Of a stretch of 64,000 nucleotides of DNA, positions 19,502 through 30,600 are shown piece after piece. The DNA is taken from assembly GCA_965215005.1 (NCBI GenBank), contig CBDCCZ010000021.1, positions 1 through 64,000 of the forward strand. The letters run 5' to 3'. This stretch comes from Kofleriaceae bacterium. Lineage in GTDB: Bacteria > Myxococcota_A > Polyangia > Haliangiales > Haliangiaceae. The translations under genes and the position numbers were made by a program. The notes below the pieces were generated by a model. That model searched no databases and was not told the origin of the DNA. It saw only the letters and a list, made by a program, of their open reading frames with translations. The first letter of the stretch is position 1; each line of letters starts with the position of its first letter.

Positions 19502-20065
19502 TCAGGTGGCGAGAACCTCGGCGGCACGCAGGACCGCCGCTGGCCGCCGATTCACGCCGAGCTTCTGATAAAGACGGAACAGTCGCGACTTTACAGTTCC
19601 CACCCGCACTCCCAAGCGCTCGGCAATCTCGTCATTCGACATCCCGCGCCAGAGCAATGCCAGAAGCTTCGCGTCTGAGATCGTGAGCTGTAGCGAGCTC
19701 GCGAGCTGCTCGGCAATTTCACGGCCGCCTGCGGCGTGGGCGACCAGAATCTCGAGGACGACGAGGCCTGTGAAGTGATTTAGTGGCCGTGCGCGCACCC
19801 GCAGAACGAGCTCGTCGTGAACCCAACGCTCCAGCGCTGTGCTCGCTCGTGTGAGCCGCTCGAGCATCACGGCCAGCTGCTCGTCGGCCCATGGCGGTAG
19901 CACGCCACTGGGCGCAGCCAACAAATGGCGCGCGCTCGAGTTCATGTAGACAGCGCGGCCCGACGCGTCGACCACCGCCACGCCAAACTCGGTGTTCTCG
20001 AGGACGGAGAAGAGAAGGTCGTGTGGATGATTGGGGCTAGAGCGAGGCGGTGACGCGTTCATCAT
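19502..20065 (-). CDS. PAS-like plus LuxR-type HTH transcriptional regulator
   Basis: GVAVVDASGRAVYMN (PAS-like) and GMSNDEIAERLGVRVGTVKSRLFRLYQKLGV (LuxR HTH). Confidence 0.88.
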   Translation of the reverse strand: MMNASPPRSSPNHPHDLLFSVLENTEFGVAVVDASGRAVYMNSSARHLLAAPSGVLPPWADEQLAVMLERLTRASTALERWVHDELVLRVRARPLNHFTGLVVLEILVAHAAGGREIAEQLASSLQLTISDAKLLALLWRGMSNDEIAERLGVRVGTVKSRLFRLYQKLGVNRRPAAVLRAAEVLAT

Positions 20066-20325
20066 GCGTCTGCACCATTTCAGCTTCTATGCCGATGCAG
20101 AGTAACCGTAGTTTCAATACCTTCGGCCATGTCGAGTGCGGTCGCGCAATCCGAGAGGTGGCTGGTCTAGCCACGTCCGGCGCCCGGAATCAAGGCCATT
20201 AGGCTCCATCGTTGACTAGTGTTGTGGCCGCTGAGGACTATTGAACCTGCTGCGCGTGCCGGAGCTCACTAGGTCAAACTCTGAAAGTTACTGTATTCAC
20301 AGAAACCTGGCTCAGACCTGGGTCG

Positions 20326-20341
20326 CGGTATTCCGCTTGCA
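20326..20341 (+). promoter_or_regulatory. Candidate sigma54 -24/-12 promoter
   Basis: CGGTAT-TCCGC-TTGCA (GG-N10-GC), ending 44 nt before ATG 20385. Confidence 0.45.
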
Positions 20342-20384
20342 AATTGCGGTTGCCGTCGCCGGGAAACGGCAAAGGCAGTACCCA

Positions 20385-21134
20385 ATGAAGAAGTTGTACC
20401 ACCGCGCAAGCTCTCTCGTTGCAACCGCAACACTGCTCTCGAGCCTCGCAGGATGCCAAGCAGGCCAATCCACCGTGGCTTCTGGCGAAGCCCGAATCAT
20501 CATCGACGAGCCCGACGGCCGCAGCATCACCAAACGCATCGCTCTGAGTGAGCTCGATGCGGCGGCATCACCGCTCCCAGACGTAGAGCTCGACGGCCGA
20601 ATGACCGCCTCCGCTGCAGACGTGCTCACTGCCGGCGTCGTGCGAGTGCCCATTGCTCATGGAAGCGAGCTGGTACTAGCGCGCGAAGGCCGCCGCCTCA
20701 CCCGCGTCTCAACCAGCCTCGACTTGCAGGACTACGACCTCCCCGATGTTTCTGTCGAATGGAACGAAACTCTCGACACCGTCTGGGTCGACGGCCCCGC
20801 TGGCTCCACTACGATCTCCCTCGAAGGCGTGCCGCAACAAACTGCAGCCGAGCTCATTGGCCAAACCAGCGTTCTACTCCTGGGAGCGCATATCGGCGTG
20901 ACCGACGCCGAAGCGACCCAACCCAAAGTCTTCCCGGTTGTGATCGCCCTCGCTACATTAGGCATCGTTGGCTACGTAAGCTGCATCTGGTTCGGCAACA
21001 CCACCTGCCTACAAGCAGCCGTAGCGAGCTGCGGCCAAGGCAACGTTGCCTCCTACAAGAACATCTGCGGCGGAGGCTACGACGTCCAAGGCAAGTTCCA
21101 AGCAGGCTACAACTGCAGCATTCTGTGTAAGTAA
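20385..21134 (+). CDS. Hypothetical lipoprotein with a hydrophobic helix and 6-Cys C-terminal domain
   Basis: MKKLYH...SSLAGC lipobox; C-terminus VFPVVIALATLGIVGYVSC...CSILCK. Confidence 0.75.
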   Translation: MKKLYHRASSLVATATLLSSLAGCQAGQSTVASGEARIIIDEPDGRSITKRIALSELDAAASPLPDVELDGRMTASAADVLTAGVVRVPIAHGSELVLAREGRRLTRVSTSLDLQDYDLPDVSVEWNETLDTVWVDGPAGSTTISLEGVPQQTAAELIGQTSVLLLGAHIGVTDAEATQPKVFPVVIALATLGIVGYVSCIWFGNTTCLQAAVASCGQGNVASYKNICGGGYDVQGKFQAGYNCSILCK

Positions 21135-21754
21135 TTAACTATCCCGTGCGGCGCGTGCCCGAACCACCAGCGCGCGCCGCGCCGCGCCGCGCCGCATCGC
21201 AATATCTGCGAACGAAGCCTGTTCCTCCACTCGTCGCCCTGTCCGGTCGCGCCGCCGAACCCCGCCTACTGCAGCAACGCAGCAACCGTCGCTGCGCCAT
21301 GCCCGCCGACAACGTGCAGGCCCGCCCCGGGCTCGTGGATCGCGAGAAAATGTCACCTTACCTCGCCCAGAGCAGCCTGCTAACGGGCACGCGAAAGCGG
21401 GTAAACACGGTGAAGTCAGGAGCGAGGCATTGGTCTCCGGCGTTTGGCAGCGGCCGTCGACGAATCGAGCCAGGCCGGCCGGACGTCGTACGATGCCGGC
21501 GCACGGCCCGATAGGGTGTGGCCGGACTCCGCCCGTGCAATCGAGCCGCGGGGGGCGCGCCGTTACGCCGGCGGGCCTTTGGCCCGGCGGCGCGTCGACG
21601 CTCCGCTCGCCGCTTGCATCGCGCCTTCGGCGCGAGCACGGCGAGAGGCCCCCGCGTTCGACCGCACGGGCTGCGTCCTGCTATGCCATCGCAGACGGCA
21701 GGCGGAGCTGTCCTTTGGCCATTGTCGAGCGAGCGAACGCGGAGAACAGCGAAG

Positions 21755-22276
21755 CTAGGAACGTACCGCCGGTTTGCGGCGCTTGGCGGCGCGAGTTACT
21801 GCTCGTTCCTTGGCTTCCTTGAGGCGATCCGGCGCGCAAGAGCGGCCGAGGACTCCTGAGCGGCAAGCTTGTCGAGCTGTCGCTGGCGCTGGTGAGGCGT
21901 ACGGTGTGGCCGTGGACGAGAGCATGATAGTCAATATCGCAAAGGAGCATGGGCTTTCTAACGCCGTTTGGGGCCACGAGAATGGGATTGATTCCCTCGT
22001 CAAAAAGCGCAGCTGAAACAGTTCTTCGATGGCGTGACGATCGATGCGATCGGGCCAGCTCCAGTCGTAGTCGGCTAGCGGTTTGAAGACACCGATGCGT
22101 GAGTCGCGTAGGCGGCGCGCAAGGCTGCGGCAACGACGCTCGGCTTCCTCGATATCCACTAGCTCGTAGAGCCATGGACCGTCGCGAATCTCGTCCCATT
22201 GGGCGAGCAGACCATGTAAGCCGAGAGTATGAAGGCGCTGGCGAAGTTCGTCACTGTTAAGCTCAATGGTGTTCAT
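21755..22276 (-). pseudogene. istB: IstB helper ATPase, frameshifted and internally deleted
   Basis: [33 protein letters not shown], a frame change near 22003, a degenerate Walker A (APNGVRKP), then a jump to the C-terminal RLKEAKERA. Confidence 0.82.
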
Positions 22277-22660
22277 TGGGATTCTCCGTAGCTATGTCGT
22301 CATAGGCGGAGAGGTCGTGGGGACGCACGACGACATCGGCAGCGCGACGCGAGGCAAAGCGGGGAACGACCGCGGGTGCCTTGCCGGCTTCGGAGCGGTA
22401 TCGGTCGAGGATCTGTCGTACGGCGCCGACCGTGGGTGTGGTATTGGCAACGGCTTCGGCAACGGCGGCGTCGAACTCGGCTGCGGCAACGGCATCAAGA
22501 ACCGCAAGCAAGCTTGCAGTGATGTTGCCGAGATTGCCGCCGCCGGCGGCCGCTTGCGTGAGTAAGGCCTGAGCGTTGGGTACAGCGCGCGTGAGGCGGT
22601 CGAGCCCGCGCCCTCGCCGCGCTCGTGCCTTGGATTAGATGAGTGCCTGCACGTGTGTCG
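22263..22660 (-). pseudogene. istA: IstA transposase C-terminal fragment
   Basis: [25 protein letters not shown]...[12 protein letters not shown]...[10 protein letters not shown] with an in-frame TAA; the DDE core is absent. Confidence 0.75.
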
Positions 22661-22731
22661 CCCGCTCCGCGGCAAACACCTCGCTCACCCGCCGTTTCTG
22701 GCCTCCGGGCTGGCGGTCGAGTACGGCGTGA

Positions 22732-23532
22732 CTAGAGGGCGGCGGCCCATTGGGCGATGCAGGTGATCTGCTTTTCCGAGAGGGGGCCGGAGGGGGGCAT
22801 GATGCCGCCGCAGTTCCAGTCTGGTTTGAGGCCGGGCTGTAGACGATGCACGAGGACGCTGTTGTCTGGATCCATGGAGTCCACGAAGGGACGTTGATCG
22901 CAGTTGTTGGACGGTTGATCTTTGAGCGTGGCGGCGAAGTCGACCTCGACGAGGCTCAGGCCGGCGCTGGGATTGGCGCCAGCGTGACAGTTGCCGCCGC
23001 AGCTCTCGGCGAGAAGCTGCGGAACGTCGGTGTCGGAGCAGTCGACCATGCCGGTCATGCCGCCATCCATGCCGCCTGCGGGATCGCCTTCGCCGCCGCT
23101 GAGCGCAGCGGCCCATTCGGTCATGCATTCGACCTCGTCTGCAGAGAGGGGCTCGCCGCCGAGCGGCATGCGAGTGCCGCAGGTCGGTTCGGCGCTCACG
23201 AAGTCGATGATGACGCTGTTTGCTGGAGTCTCGGGGTCGACGAGCGGTCGGCCGCTGCAGGTGTCGGAGGTGGCGGCGACTCCGACTAATCGCTCGCCGG
23301 GATTCGGAGAGATGAGGTCGAGTCCGGCTGCTGACATCATGGTGCCGTGGCACCCGGCGTTGTCGCAGCGCTGTTGGATGAGGGCGGGGATGTCGATGTC
23401 AGCGCACTTGGCGCTGCTGCCGCCATCGGCACCGCCGCCGGTAAACCGCTCTGGATTTTCGAGAGAGCCTGGGCAGCCGGCGCTGCCTACGAAGAGTGCG
23501 AGTAAGGCGAGTCGCCCACAGTTGCGCAGCAT
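22732..23532 (-). CDS. Lipoprotein with two tandem cytochrome c-like domains (atypical CX4CH and CX3CH motifs)
   Basis: Lipobox SAGC; CDNAGCH...RMPLGGEPLS...W and CGGNCH...IMPPSGPLS...W form an internal duplication. Confidence 0.75.
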   Translation of the reverse strand: MLRNCGRLALLALFVGSAGCPGSLENPERFTGGGADGGSSAKCADIDIPALIQQRCDNAGCHGTMMSAAGLDLISPNPGERLVGVAATSDTCSGRPLVDPETPANSVIIDFVSAEPTCGTRMPLGGEPLSADEVECMTEWAAALSGGEGDPAGGMDGGMTGMVDCSDTDVPQLLAESCGGNCHAGANPSAGLSLVEVDFAATLKDQPSNNCDQRPFVDSMDPDNSVLVHRLQPGLKPDWNCGGIMPPSGPLSEKQITCIAQWAAAL

Positions 23533-23544
23533 CCGATGACGATC

Positions 23545-23560
23545 AGCAAGCTGCAGGCCA
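23545..23560 (-). promoter_or_regulatory. Sigma54 -24/-12 promoter candidate
   Basis: TGGCCT-GCAGC-TTGCT, ending 12 nt before ATG 23532. Confidence 0.65.
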
Positions 23561-23709
23561 ATTGCAAGTCTGTTTTGCAGTCTCCGCGAAGCGCCTGCAC
23601 GAGTGCTGCAGTGCGCGCTGCGCGACAGTGGTGGCGAGAGTCCTCACCAATCGACCAATTCTTACGAAGCGCAGAGTAGGTAGAGGTGCGCGTTTGCTTG
23701 CAGTCGCGG

Positions 23710-25263
23710 CTACCAGTCGCGATCGATGCGATCGCTGAGGGGCGGTGGTTCGGCGGCCGGCGCCGGAGCCTCTTGGGGTGGAGGCTCGGGAGGCGACTGC
23801 TTGTTGTTCGTAGGTGCGGCATGCGCAGGACGCCGCTTTTTCTTGGCGGCTCGACGTCGGCGGCCGGTGGTGGTCTCTGGCTTCTTCGTTGCGTCTGCAG
23901 GGCCCGCGTCAGCACTGCTTGCGGTGGTCGCAGTGATCGCCGGTTGCCCCACAGCGTCGGCCGAGGCGTCTTTATCGATTTTATCGATGCCGAGCAAGCC
24001 CTCTCCAGACGAGCCCACGCCTTCGGAACGCTGCAGAGTGTCTGGAGGTGCGGGCGTTGGACGTTGCACGACGATAGCCGGCGCTGCTCCGACATTGGCG
24101 GTATTGGCTGCCGACCAACGCATTAGCCCAAGGCTTGCAACACTTGCCACCGCGGCACCGCCGACGATTCCGGCGCCGACCCACAGCCAGCGCGACGGGC
24201 GGCGTGCAACCGGTTGTTCGACGTCGACTGCAAGCAGCGCCGGGGCGGTCGGCGAATGATAACTGCCGTCCCTCGGCTGGGTCTCGAGGTCGCTGATCGT
24301 CACCGCGGCGCGACGTGATCGCTCTGGCAATAGCTCGCGCAGATAGGCTGATAGCTGCTGCTCTGTGGCAGCTAGACCGGAACTGGCAGTGAACGCCTCG
24401 AGCGTCTCCGCCAGCTCGCGAGCCGTCTGGAAGCGGTCATCGGGCCGCCGCCGCAGCGCGCGCAGCACGATGTCGTCGAGCTCTTGTGGATAGCCAGCGC
24501 ACAGTGACGACGGCGCCGGCGCGTCTTGGTTGACAATCATATTGAGCTTGGCAACGTCATCATCGGCTTCGAACAACCGCATGCCGGTGGTCATTTCCCA
24601 AAGCACGATTCCGAGCGCGAAGATATCGGTCCGGCGGTCGACGGACCGGCCGCGGCACTGCTCCGGGGCCATATAGGAGACTTTGCCCTTGATGAGCCCA
24701 GTCGTTGTGTCGACGGTGCGACGCGTCGCCTTGGCGATGCCGAAGTCGAGCAGCTTCACCGATCCTTCGTAGCCGAGCATGATGTTGCTCGGGTTGACGT
24801 CGCGGTGGACGATCTCCAGCGGATGCCCGTCGCTGTCGTGCCTCTCGTGAGCGTAATGCAGTCCTTCGGCGATGCGCCGCGCGATCAGGAGTGCACACGC
24901 AAGCGGCATGCGCTGAGCACGCTCATTCTCGCAGCGGAGAAGATGACGCAGGTCGTCACCATGCACGTACTCCATTAAGTAGTGGTGCGCGCCCTCCGTC
25001 TGCCCAGCTGAGTAGACCTGGCAGATGTTTGGATGGAACAGCATAGAGGCCAAGCGCACTTCCTCGAGGAACATGCGGACGAACTCGGGCGACTCTGCGC
25101 GAGAAGGCAGGATTCGCTTCATGACCGCCAAGCGCTGCCCATCGACCTCATCGCGGACGAGGAACACTTCCGCCATGCCGCCTTGCCCCAGGCGGCGCAA
25201 AATCGTGTAGGAGGTGTCGGTGCGGGAAGCCATCGGGCGCTTGTAACTACGGTGAGCCATCAT
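23710..25263 (-). CDS. Membrane-anchored Hanks-type Ser/Thr protein kinase
   Basis: GQGGMAEV, HRDVNPSNI, DFGIAK, YMAPEQ, DIFALG; one TM helix and a Pro/Ala-rich tail. The start may be ATG at 25233. Confidence 0.95.
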   Translation of the reverse strand: MMAHRSYKRPMASRTDTSYTILRRLGQGGMAEVFLVRDEVDGQRLAVMKRILPSRAESPEFVRMFLEEVRLASMLFHPNICQVYSAGQTEGAHHYLMEYVHGDDLRHLLRCENERAQRMPLACALLIARRIAEGLHYAHERHDSDGHPLEIVHRDVNPSNIMLGYEGSVKLLDFGIAKATRRTVDTTTGLIKGKVSYMAPEQCRGRSVDRRTDIFALGIVLWEMTTGMRLFEADDDVAKLNMIVNQDAPAPSSLCAGYPQELDDIVLRALRRRPDDRFQTARELAETLEAFTASSGLAATEQQLSAYLRELLPERSRRAAVTISDLETQPRDGSYHSPTAPALLAVDVEQPVARRPSRWLWVGAGIVGGAAVASVASLGLMRWSAANTANVGAAPAIVVQRPTPAPPDTLQRSEGVGSSGEGLLGIDKIDKDASADAVGQPAITATTASSADAGPADATKKPETTTGRRRRAAKKKRRPAHAAPTNNKQSPPEPPPQEAPAPAAEPPPLSDRIDRDW

Positions 25264-25317
25264 CCAGGCGGTGAATGCTCAGCATGAGCTTACCTACCTT
25301 GTGCTAGCCTTCTGAGC

Positions 25318-26643
25318 ATGCAAGCCGCCACCGACGTAATCTCGCGGCACCGATGGATAGCGCGGTTTCGAGTACGTGTCGTGCAGGGCGTCGACGCTGG
25401 ATCCACCGTCGAGTCCGAGGGTGACGAGCTCACGGTCGGCACCGCCAAGGGCAATCATCTGCAGCTTCAAGATCCGGCTGTTTCTCGGCATCATTGCACG
25501 TTTCGTATTTCCGACGAGGGCATCGAGCTTCGCGACCTCGATAGCACCAACCACACTACCTTAGCCGGCTTCCGCGTTGCTTCCGCGTACATCGGACCCG
25601 GTGCGCGAGTGGGGCTGGGAAATACCGCGTTGGTGGTCGAGCCGATGGAGGAGGAGCACTGCGTTGCCCTTAGCGAAAGCGAAGCCTTCGGAGGGCTGCT
25701 CGGCGCCAGCGAGCCCATGCGGCGAGTGTTTGCAGTCGCAGAGCGCATTGCCAGCGCGCCGGTCAATATCTTGATCGAAGGCGAGACGGGCACCGGCAAG
25801 GGCGCCTTGGCGGAAGCCATTCATGAAGCCAGTCCCCGCGCCGCTGGGCCGTTCGTGGTCGTCGACTGCAGCGCGCTTCCTGGTGGCCTTCTCGAGAGTG
25901 AGCTGTTCGGCGCCGAATCCGGTGCCTTCACCGGCGCTGAACGCCGCCGCGTCGGTCTTCTCGAGTCTGCCCATGGCGGCACCGTCTTTCTCGACGAGAT
26001 CGGCGAGCTGCCCCTCGAGGCGCAGCCCAAGCTGCTTCGCGCGCTCGAGAATCGCGAGGTCTATCGCTTGGGGTCTTCTCGGCCCGTGGCGCTCGATTTT
26101 CGCCTCATTGCGGCGACCAATCGCGACCTCCGGCGGGCTGTGAACAAAGGCACATTTCGCGCGGATCTGCTCTATCGAGTCAACACAGTTCGTATCGAGA
26201 TGCCGGCGCTGCGTGACAGACGCGAGGACATTCCGCTTCTCGTTCGTTATCTACATCGCCGCATCACCGGTGCCGAAGGAACGCTGCCGCCCGAGGTCGT
26301 GAAGTCGCTGCAGGAGCGAGATTGGCCAGGCAACGTTCGCGAGCTGCGCAGCGCCGTCGAGCGCAGCGCATTGCTCGGGCTCACGGAAGAAGAGCTCGTC
26401 GGGCTAACTCCAGCGCCTCTGCAGCTCTCGAAAGCATCCACCAGCGCTGCTACGAGTGAGCCCGATCTATCGATTCCCTTTCAAGAAGCGAAGCGTTTGG
26501 TCGTTGATGAGTTCGAACAGCGCTACCTGCGCGCCTTGCTCACCGCCGCGGGCGACAACATCTCCCAGGCGGCGCGTCTGGCGAGCATGGACCGGGGCTA
26601 TCTGCGCAAGCTGCTCGAAAGACATCAGTTGCGAACGGCGTAA
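25318..26643 (+). CDS. FHA-domain sigma54-dependent activator (bEBP)
   Basis: FHA (VGT...DPAVSRHH...DLDSTNHT), [26 protein letters not shown] and Fis HTH. Confidence 0.95.
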   Translation: MQAATDVISRHRWIARFRVRVVQGVDAGSTVESEGDELTVGTAKGNHLQLQDPAVSRHHCTFRISDEGIELRDLDSTNHTTLAGFRVASAYIGPGARVGLGNTALVVEPMEEEHCVALSESEAFGGLLGASEPMRRVFAVAERIASAPVNILIEGETGTGKGALAEAIHEASPRAAGPFVVVDCSALPGGLLESELFGAESGAFTGAERRRVGLLESAHGGTVFLDEIGELPLEAQPKLLRALENREVYRLGSSRPVALDFRLIAATNRDLRRAVNKGTFRADLLYRVNTVRIEMPALRDRREDIPLLVRYLHRRITGAEGTLPPEVVKSLQERDWPGNVRELRSAVERSALLGLTEEELVGLTPAPLQLSKASTSAATSEPDLSIPFQEAKRLVVDEFEQRYLRALLTAAGDNISQAARLASMDRGYLRKLLERHQLRTA

Positions 26644-26648
26644 GGCGG

Positions 26649-27617
26649 GTGCGGATGTTCGTACTTGCGGTGTGGCTATTTACGGCCGTCGGTGCGAGCA
26701 CAGCGCAAGCCGATAAGCGCGAGCAGGCGCGCTCGCTTTTCGAAGAAGCGGCCGAGCTCGTCGACAGTGGCGACCTGCAGGCAGCTCTCGAGCGCTATCG
26801 GGCTGCGTACGAGTTAGCGCCGCGTCCGAAGATTCTTTACAACATCGCACTGGTTCTCGACCACCTGGGACGCTTGCCTGACGCGGCCGAGGCCTATGAC
26901 GAGTATCTACGGCGTCATCCTGCTGATGAGGCCACAAGAGTCGCAAAGGTTCGCAGGCGTCTGGCCGAGTTGGACCGAGATCTGGGCGCGGTCGAGCTCG
27001 AGGTGGCGCATGCGCGCGCAGAAGTCCGCCTCGATGGCCGGGTTCTGGGCGTTGGTCGGGGCGTCTACCGCGCCCGCGTCGTTCCGGGCGAGCACGTTCT
27101 CATCGTAGAGAATGCCCTCGACACAGAGCGCGACCGCACCTTGAACATCGCGGCAGGGCAGCTGCTGCGCATCGCCATCGCCGCTGAGCCTCTGCCTCCA
27201 GGGCAGCCTCTCACTACGTCCGTCTCCGATGATGCGTCGCCGCGATGGCTGGCGTTCGTGCGGGCTGACGTCGATGCAATGGGGCGTGGCGCGGTGACCG
27301 CGCCCGGCGCTGGCGTGCGTGTCGCGGGCCCGGCATACGTGCTCGCCAACGCGCTCGTCGGCCGTGCTTCGGGCTTCGAAGTTGCGCTTCTCCTCTCCGG
27401 GGGGCGCCAGTGGCGACCACGCGCGATGTTGGCGATGCCGGTGTTCTTCGCCGATGGACCGCGGCCCTTGGTGCGCGGTGCGTTGGGTCTCGAGCGCAGA
27501 TTCTCACGTGCGATAGGAATCACCGTAGATGCTGGAGTCGGCCGACTTCTGCGCGCGACTGATGATTTTCTAACAACGGCGTTCGTGGTGTCGTTTGGCC
27601 TGCAGGTGACGCGATGA
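26649..27617 (+). CDS. Exported TPR plus PEGA-like domain protein with C-terminal beta-strands
   Basis: Signal peptide, ARSLFEEA...AYELAPRPKILYNIA (TPR), AEVRLDG...PGEHVL (PEGA-like). Confidence 0.82.
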   Translation: MRMFVLAVWLFTAVGASTAQADKREQARSLFEEAAELVDSGDLQAALERYRAAYELAPRPKILYNIALVLDHLGRLPDAAEAYDEYLRRHPADEATRVAKVRRRLAELDRDLGAVELEVAHARAEVRLDGRVLGVGRGVYRARVVPGEHVLIVENALDTERDRTLNIAAGQLLRIAIAAEPLPPGQPLTTSVSDDASPRWLAFVRADVDAMGRGAVTAPGAGVRVAGPAYVLANALVGRASGFEVALLLSGGRQWRPRAMLAMPVFFADGPRPLVRGALGLERRFSRAIGITVDAGVGRLLRATDDFLTTAFVVSFGLQVTR

Positions 27618-30600
27618 GACTCCTATGTTGGCTAATCATCTTGGGCAGCCTGTTGGCTGGCTGTGATGACGTCGAACGCCAAACGCTGACTTTCGCGCTA
27701 ACGAGTGGCAAGCGCGGCGTAAGGACCAACTTCCTGCTCCCAAGCATGCCGTTAACCGCCGCGGTGGCAGGAGGCGACGTCGATGGTGATGGTGTCGATG
27801 ATGCGCTGGTGGTAGCGGCCGATGGTCAAAATCGCGCGCTGGTCTTCTCGCGCGTCTTCTCAGACCCTGCTGCAGCAAAGTGGGACTTGGGTGCTTCCCC
27901 GCCTATCCCTGAGGCTTACGGACTTGCCGCCATGATTCCCGGTGACCTCAATGGCGATGGCTACGCGGATTCGATCGTTGCTTCGGGCGAGAATGCCGGC
28001 GACACGCCGATACTGCGGTCGCTCAATGTCTATCTTGGTGGGCCCGATGGGCCATCGTCGGGGCCGACCTCTAAGATACAAATTGCAGCCGGAGCCAATG
28101 TCACTTCAATCGCCGTCGCCGGAGACCTCAATGGCGATGAGCGCGCAGATCTAATTCTGGGCGGCCCTGACTGTGTAGCCAACACCGGCCGTCTGCTCGT
28201 GCTCTACGGGGGTAGCGATCAGCTGAGCGAAGTGTCGTCCGAGGAAATGATGAACGTCGGCGCGGGTGCCGGAGCTGCGGTGGCACCCGCAGGCGATCTC
28301 GACGGAGATGGCTTTGGCGACGTGCTGGTAACTGCTAATGGCTGCGGAGGGCCGGCTCGGGTTCATTTGCTGCGGGGCAGCCGTGATGGATTGATCGCGG
28401 TCCCGGCTTGGACCGCTTTATCGCCAGATGCGACCCGCGCCTTTGGTAGCTCGATTTCCGGCGTTGGCGACATCGATGGCGATGGTGCTCCTGACATCGC
28501 GATAGGCGCGGGCGGCCGCACGGCTGAAACGCCAGGCGTCATCTATGTGTACTTCGGTGAAGACAACAGCCTGGCGGAAACGTCGACGCTGCTGATTGAG
28601 GCGCCGAATGGGGAGCCCCGATTTGGGCGCAGCGTGGTGGGTCTAGGAGATGTGAATGGAGATGGTCTCGGCGACTTTGGCGCCACGACCCGCTTCGGCA
28701 ATGGTCGCGGCTACATCTATACAGGACGATTGCGAGAGCTCGGCGGTCCTCCGGCAGCCCCACGCGCATTGATTCAACCAGATGCTGGCGACTGCTTGCT
28801 AGATGCGCTCACGCGACTCGGGGACGTCGACGGCGACGGTTTGCCGGAGGTGGGCCAAGCCTTGATGAATGACCGGGGCATTGCCATCAAAGTCGTCGGT
28901 ATCCGAGCCGCGGGTCCCGCGCCTGATGCAGAATGGCTGAGTCATCCCACTGATCAACGTGATGCCCGTCTCGGGACCAGCGTCGCCACCGCCGGCGATG
29001 TCGATGGCGACGGATTTACGGACCTGCTTGCCGGCGCACCGCGATGGGATGGCCAGGCTGAGAATGAAGGAAGCGCCTATCTGTTTCGCGGCAGCGCCAC
29101 CGGATTGCACAGCGAACCAGCTTGGTCAGCGGCTCCCACTGGTCAACTAGGTGCTGAGTTTGGTCATTCCATGGCGGCCTGTGATGTCAATGGTGATGGC
29201 TTCTCCGACGTCGTCATCGCGGCGCGCAGCTGGGACGGTGAGCAGCCAAACATCGGCCGCGCATTTGCCTTTTTGGGTAGCCGCACCGGCTTGAGCGAAG
29301 TGCCAGATTGGGAGGTCTCGCCCACCTCGCTTCGCGGCGCCCACTTCGGTGCTGTGGTCACGGTAGCCGGGGACGTCAATGGCGACGGATTTTGCGATAT
29401 CGCGATCTCAGCCGACAATTGGAACGGTGAAGCTGCCGCTGAGGGACGGGTTTATGTGTTCCATGGCAGTCGCGCAGGGCTCGCTACAGAGCCTGCGGTG
29501 GCGCTAGATTCAAGTGATCAAGAGCTAGCGAATTTTGGCCAGGGTCTGTCCGGCGCAGGTGACGTCAACGGTGATGGCTACGATGACCTGCTCGTAGGGG
29601 CCGACGACTGGACTGGCGAAGCCTCGGCAGAAGGACGCGCCTACTTATTCGCAGGCGGCCCCGACGGCGTCGCCGTAGAGCCGATTTGGACTGCCGATCC
29701 AACCGACAACGACGGCGCCGGCTATGGTGAGCCAGTGGCAGCGGCGGGGGATGTCAATGGCGACGGATATGCTGACTTCCTCGTTGGTGCGTTCGGCTAC
29801 GGGCAAGGCGCTGGACGCGCCTACCTCTATTACGGGGGTCCGTCGGGTCCGCTCCCAGAGCCATGGCTCGCTGGCGACGCCAACGTTGCTATGGCGGCCC
29901 TCGGCGCGGGGCTGGCGGCAGGTGACGTTAATGGCGATGGCGTCGGCGATGCGGTCGTTGGCACTCGTACCGGGGTGAGCGAGGTGTCATGGCGAGCTGC
30001 CGTGTATTTAGGGCAATCGACGGGTTTGCGCGCGGAGCCTGAGCGCTTACTGTCGTCTACCGGTTACAACACCGATGTTGCTGCAGCACTCACGGTGGCA
30101 GACTTCAATGGAGATGGCTTTGGAGACGTGATTGCCGGTGCGACTCGATTTGCCGGGGAGGTGCCCGGCGAAGGTGGCGTATTCGGCTATTACGGTGGTG
30201 ATGGTGGTCGCGGTGTGGCGCGCGGGCTTGGCCAGTTCAACGTTACCAATCGAGAGCGAATTGGCGCCGGCGGCGTGGCTGACGGAGATGTCATGCTCGA
30301 GATGCGCATCAACCCCGAGTCTCCGTATGGGGGATTGTACCGCGTCGAGTTCGAAATCACTGCCGCTGCGGCGTTCGTAGGTGAGGATCTGCGTTTGTCT
30401 GCGCCTGTGGTGCGCGGTGACGTAGCCACCGTGACGCTGCAGGAGTTAGCGCCAGGAGCCTATCAGTGGCGCGCGCGCCTAGTCTATCCGGCCGGACTCG
30501 GTCATGGCCAGTGGGTCGGTTTCGATCTCAACAATGTCGAGATGCCCGATTTCATCGTAGAGCCACTCTCGCCTAGAGGAGGCTCCGACGGTGATGCCAG

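Larger units (their letters stand above)
21378..22660 (-). mobile_element. Degenerate IS21-family remnant (istA 3' end, decayed istB, possible terminus)
   Basis: Overlapping istA/istB fragments in the canonical order. TGCTAACGGGCAC at 21378 resembles a TG-starting IS21 end, but this boundary is tentative. Confidence 0.75.

Noticed and set aside
20075..20095. Sigma54-like element upstream of the LuxR gene (CGGCATAGAAGCTGAA, minus strand)
   Set aside because: Has GA instead of GC at -12; too weak to count.
21170..21196. (CGCGC)n pentamer microsatellite
   Set aside because: Only about four units in very GC-rich intergenic DNA; no functional context.
19492..22730. attL duplicate of the tRNA-Gly 3' end, or an integrase
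   Set aside because: No copy of TGGAGCGGGGTACGGG and no recombinase motifs found by eye.
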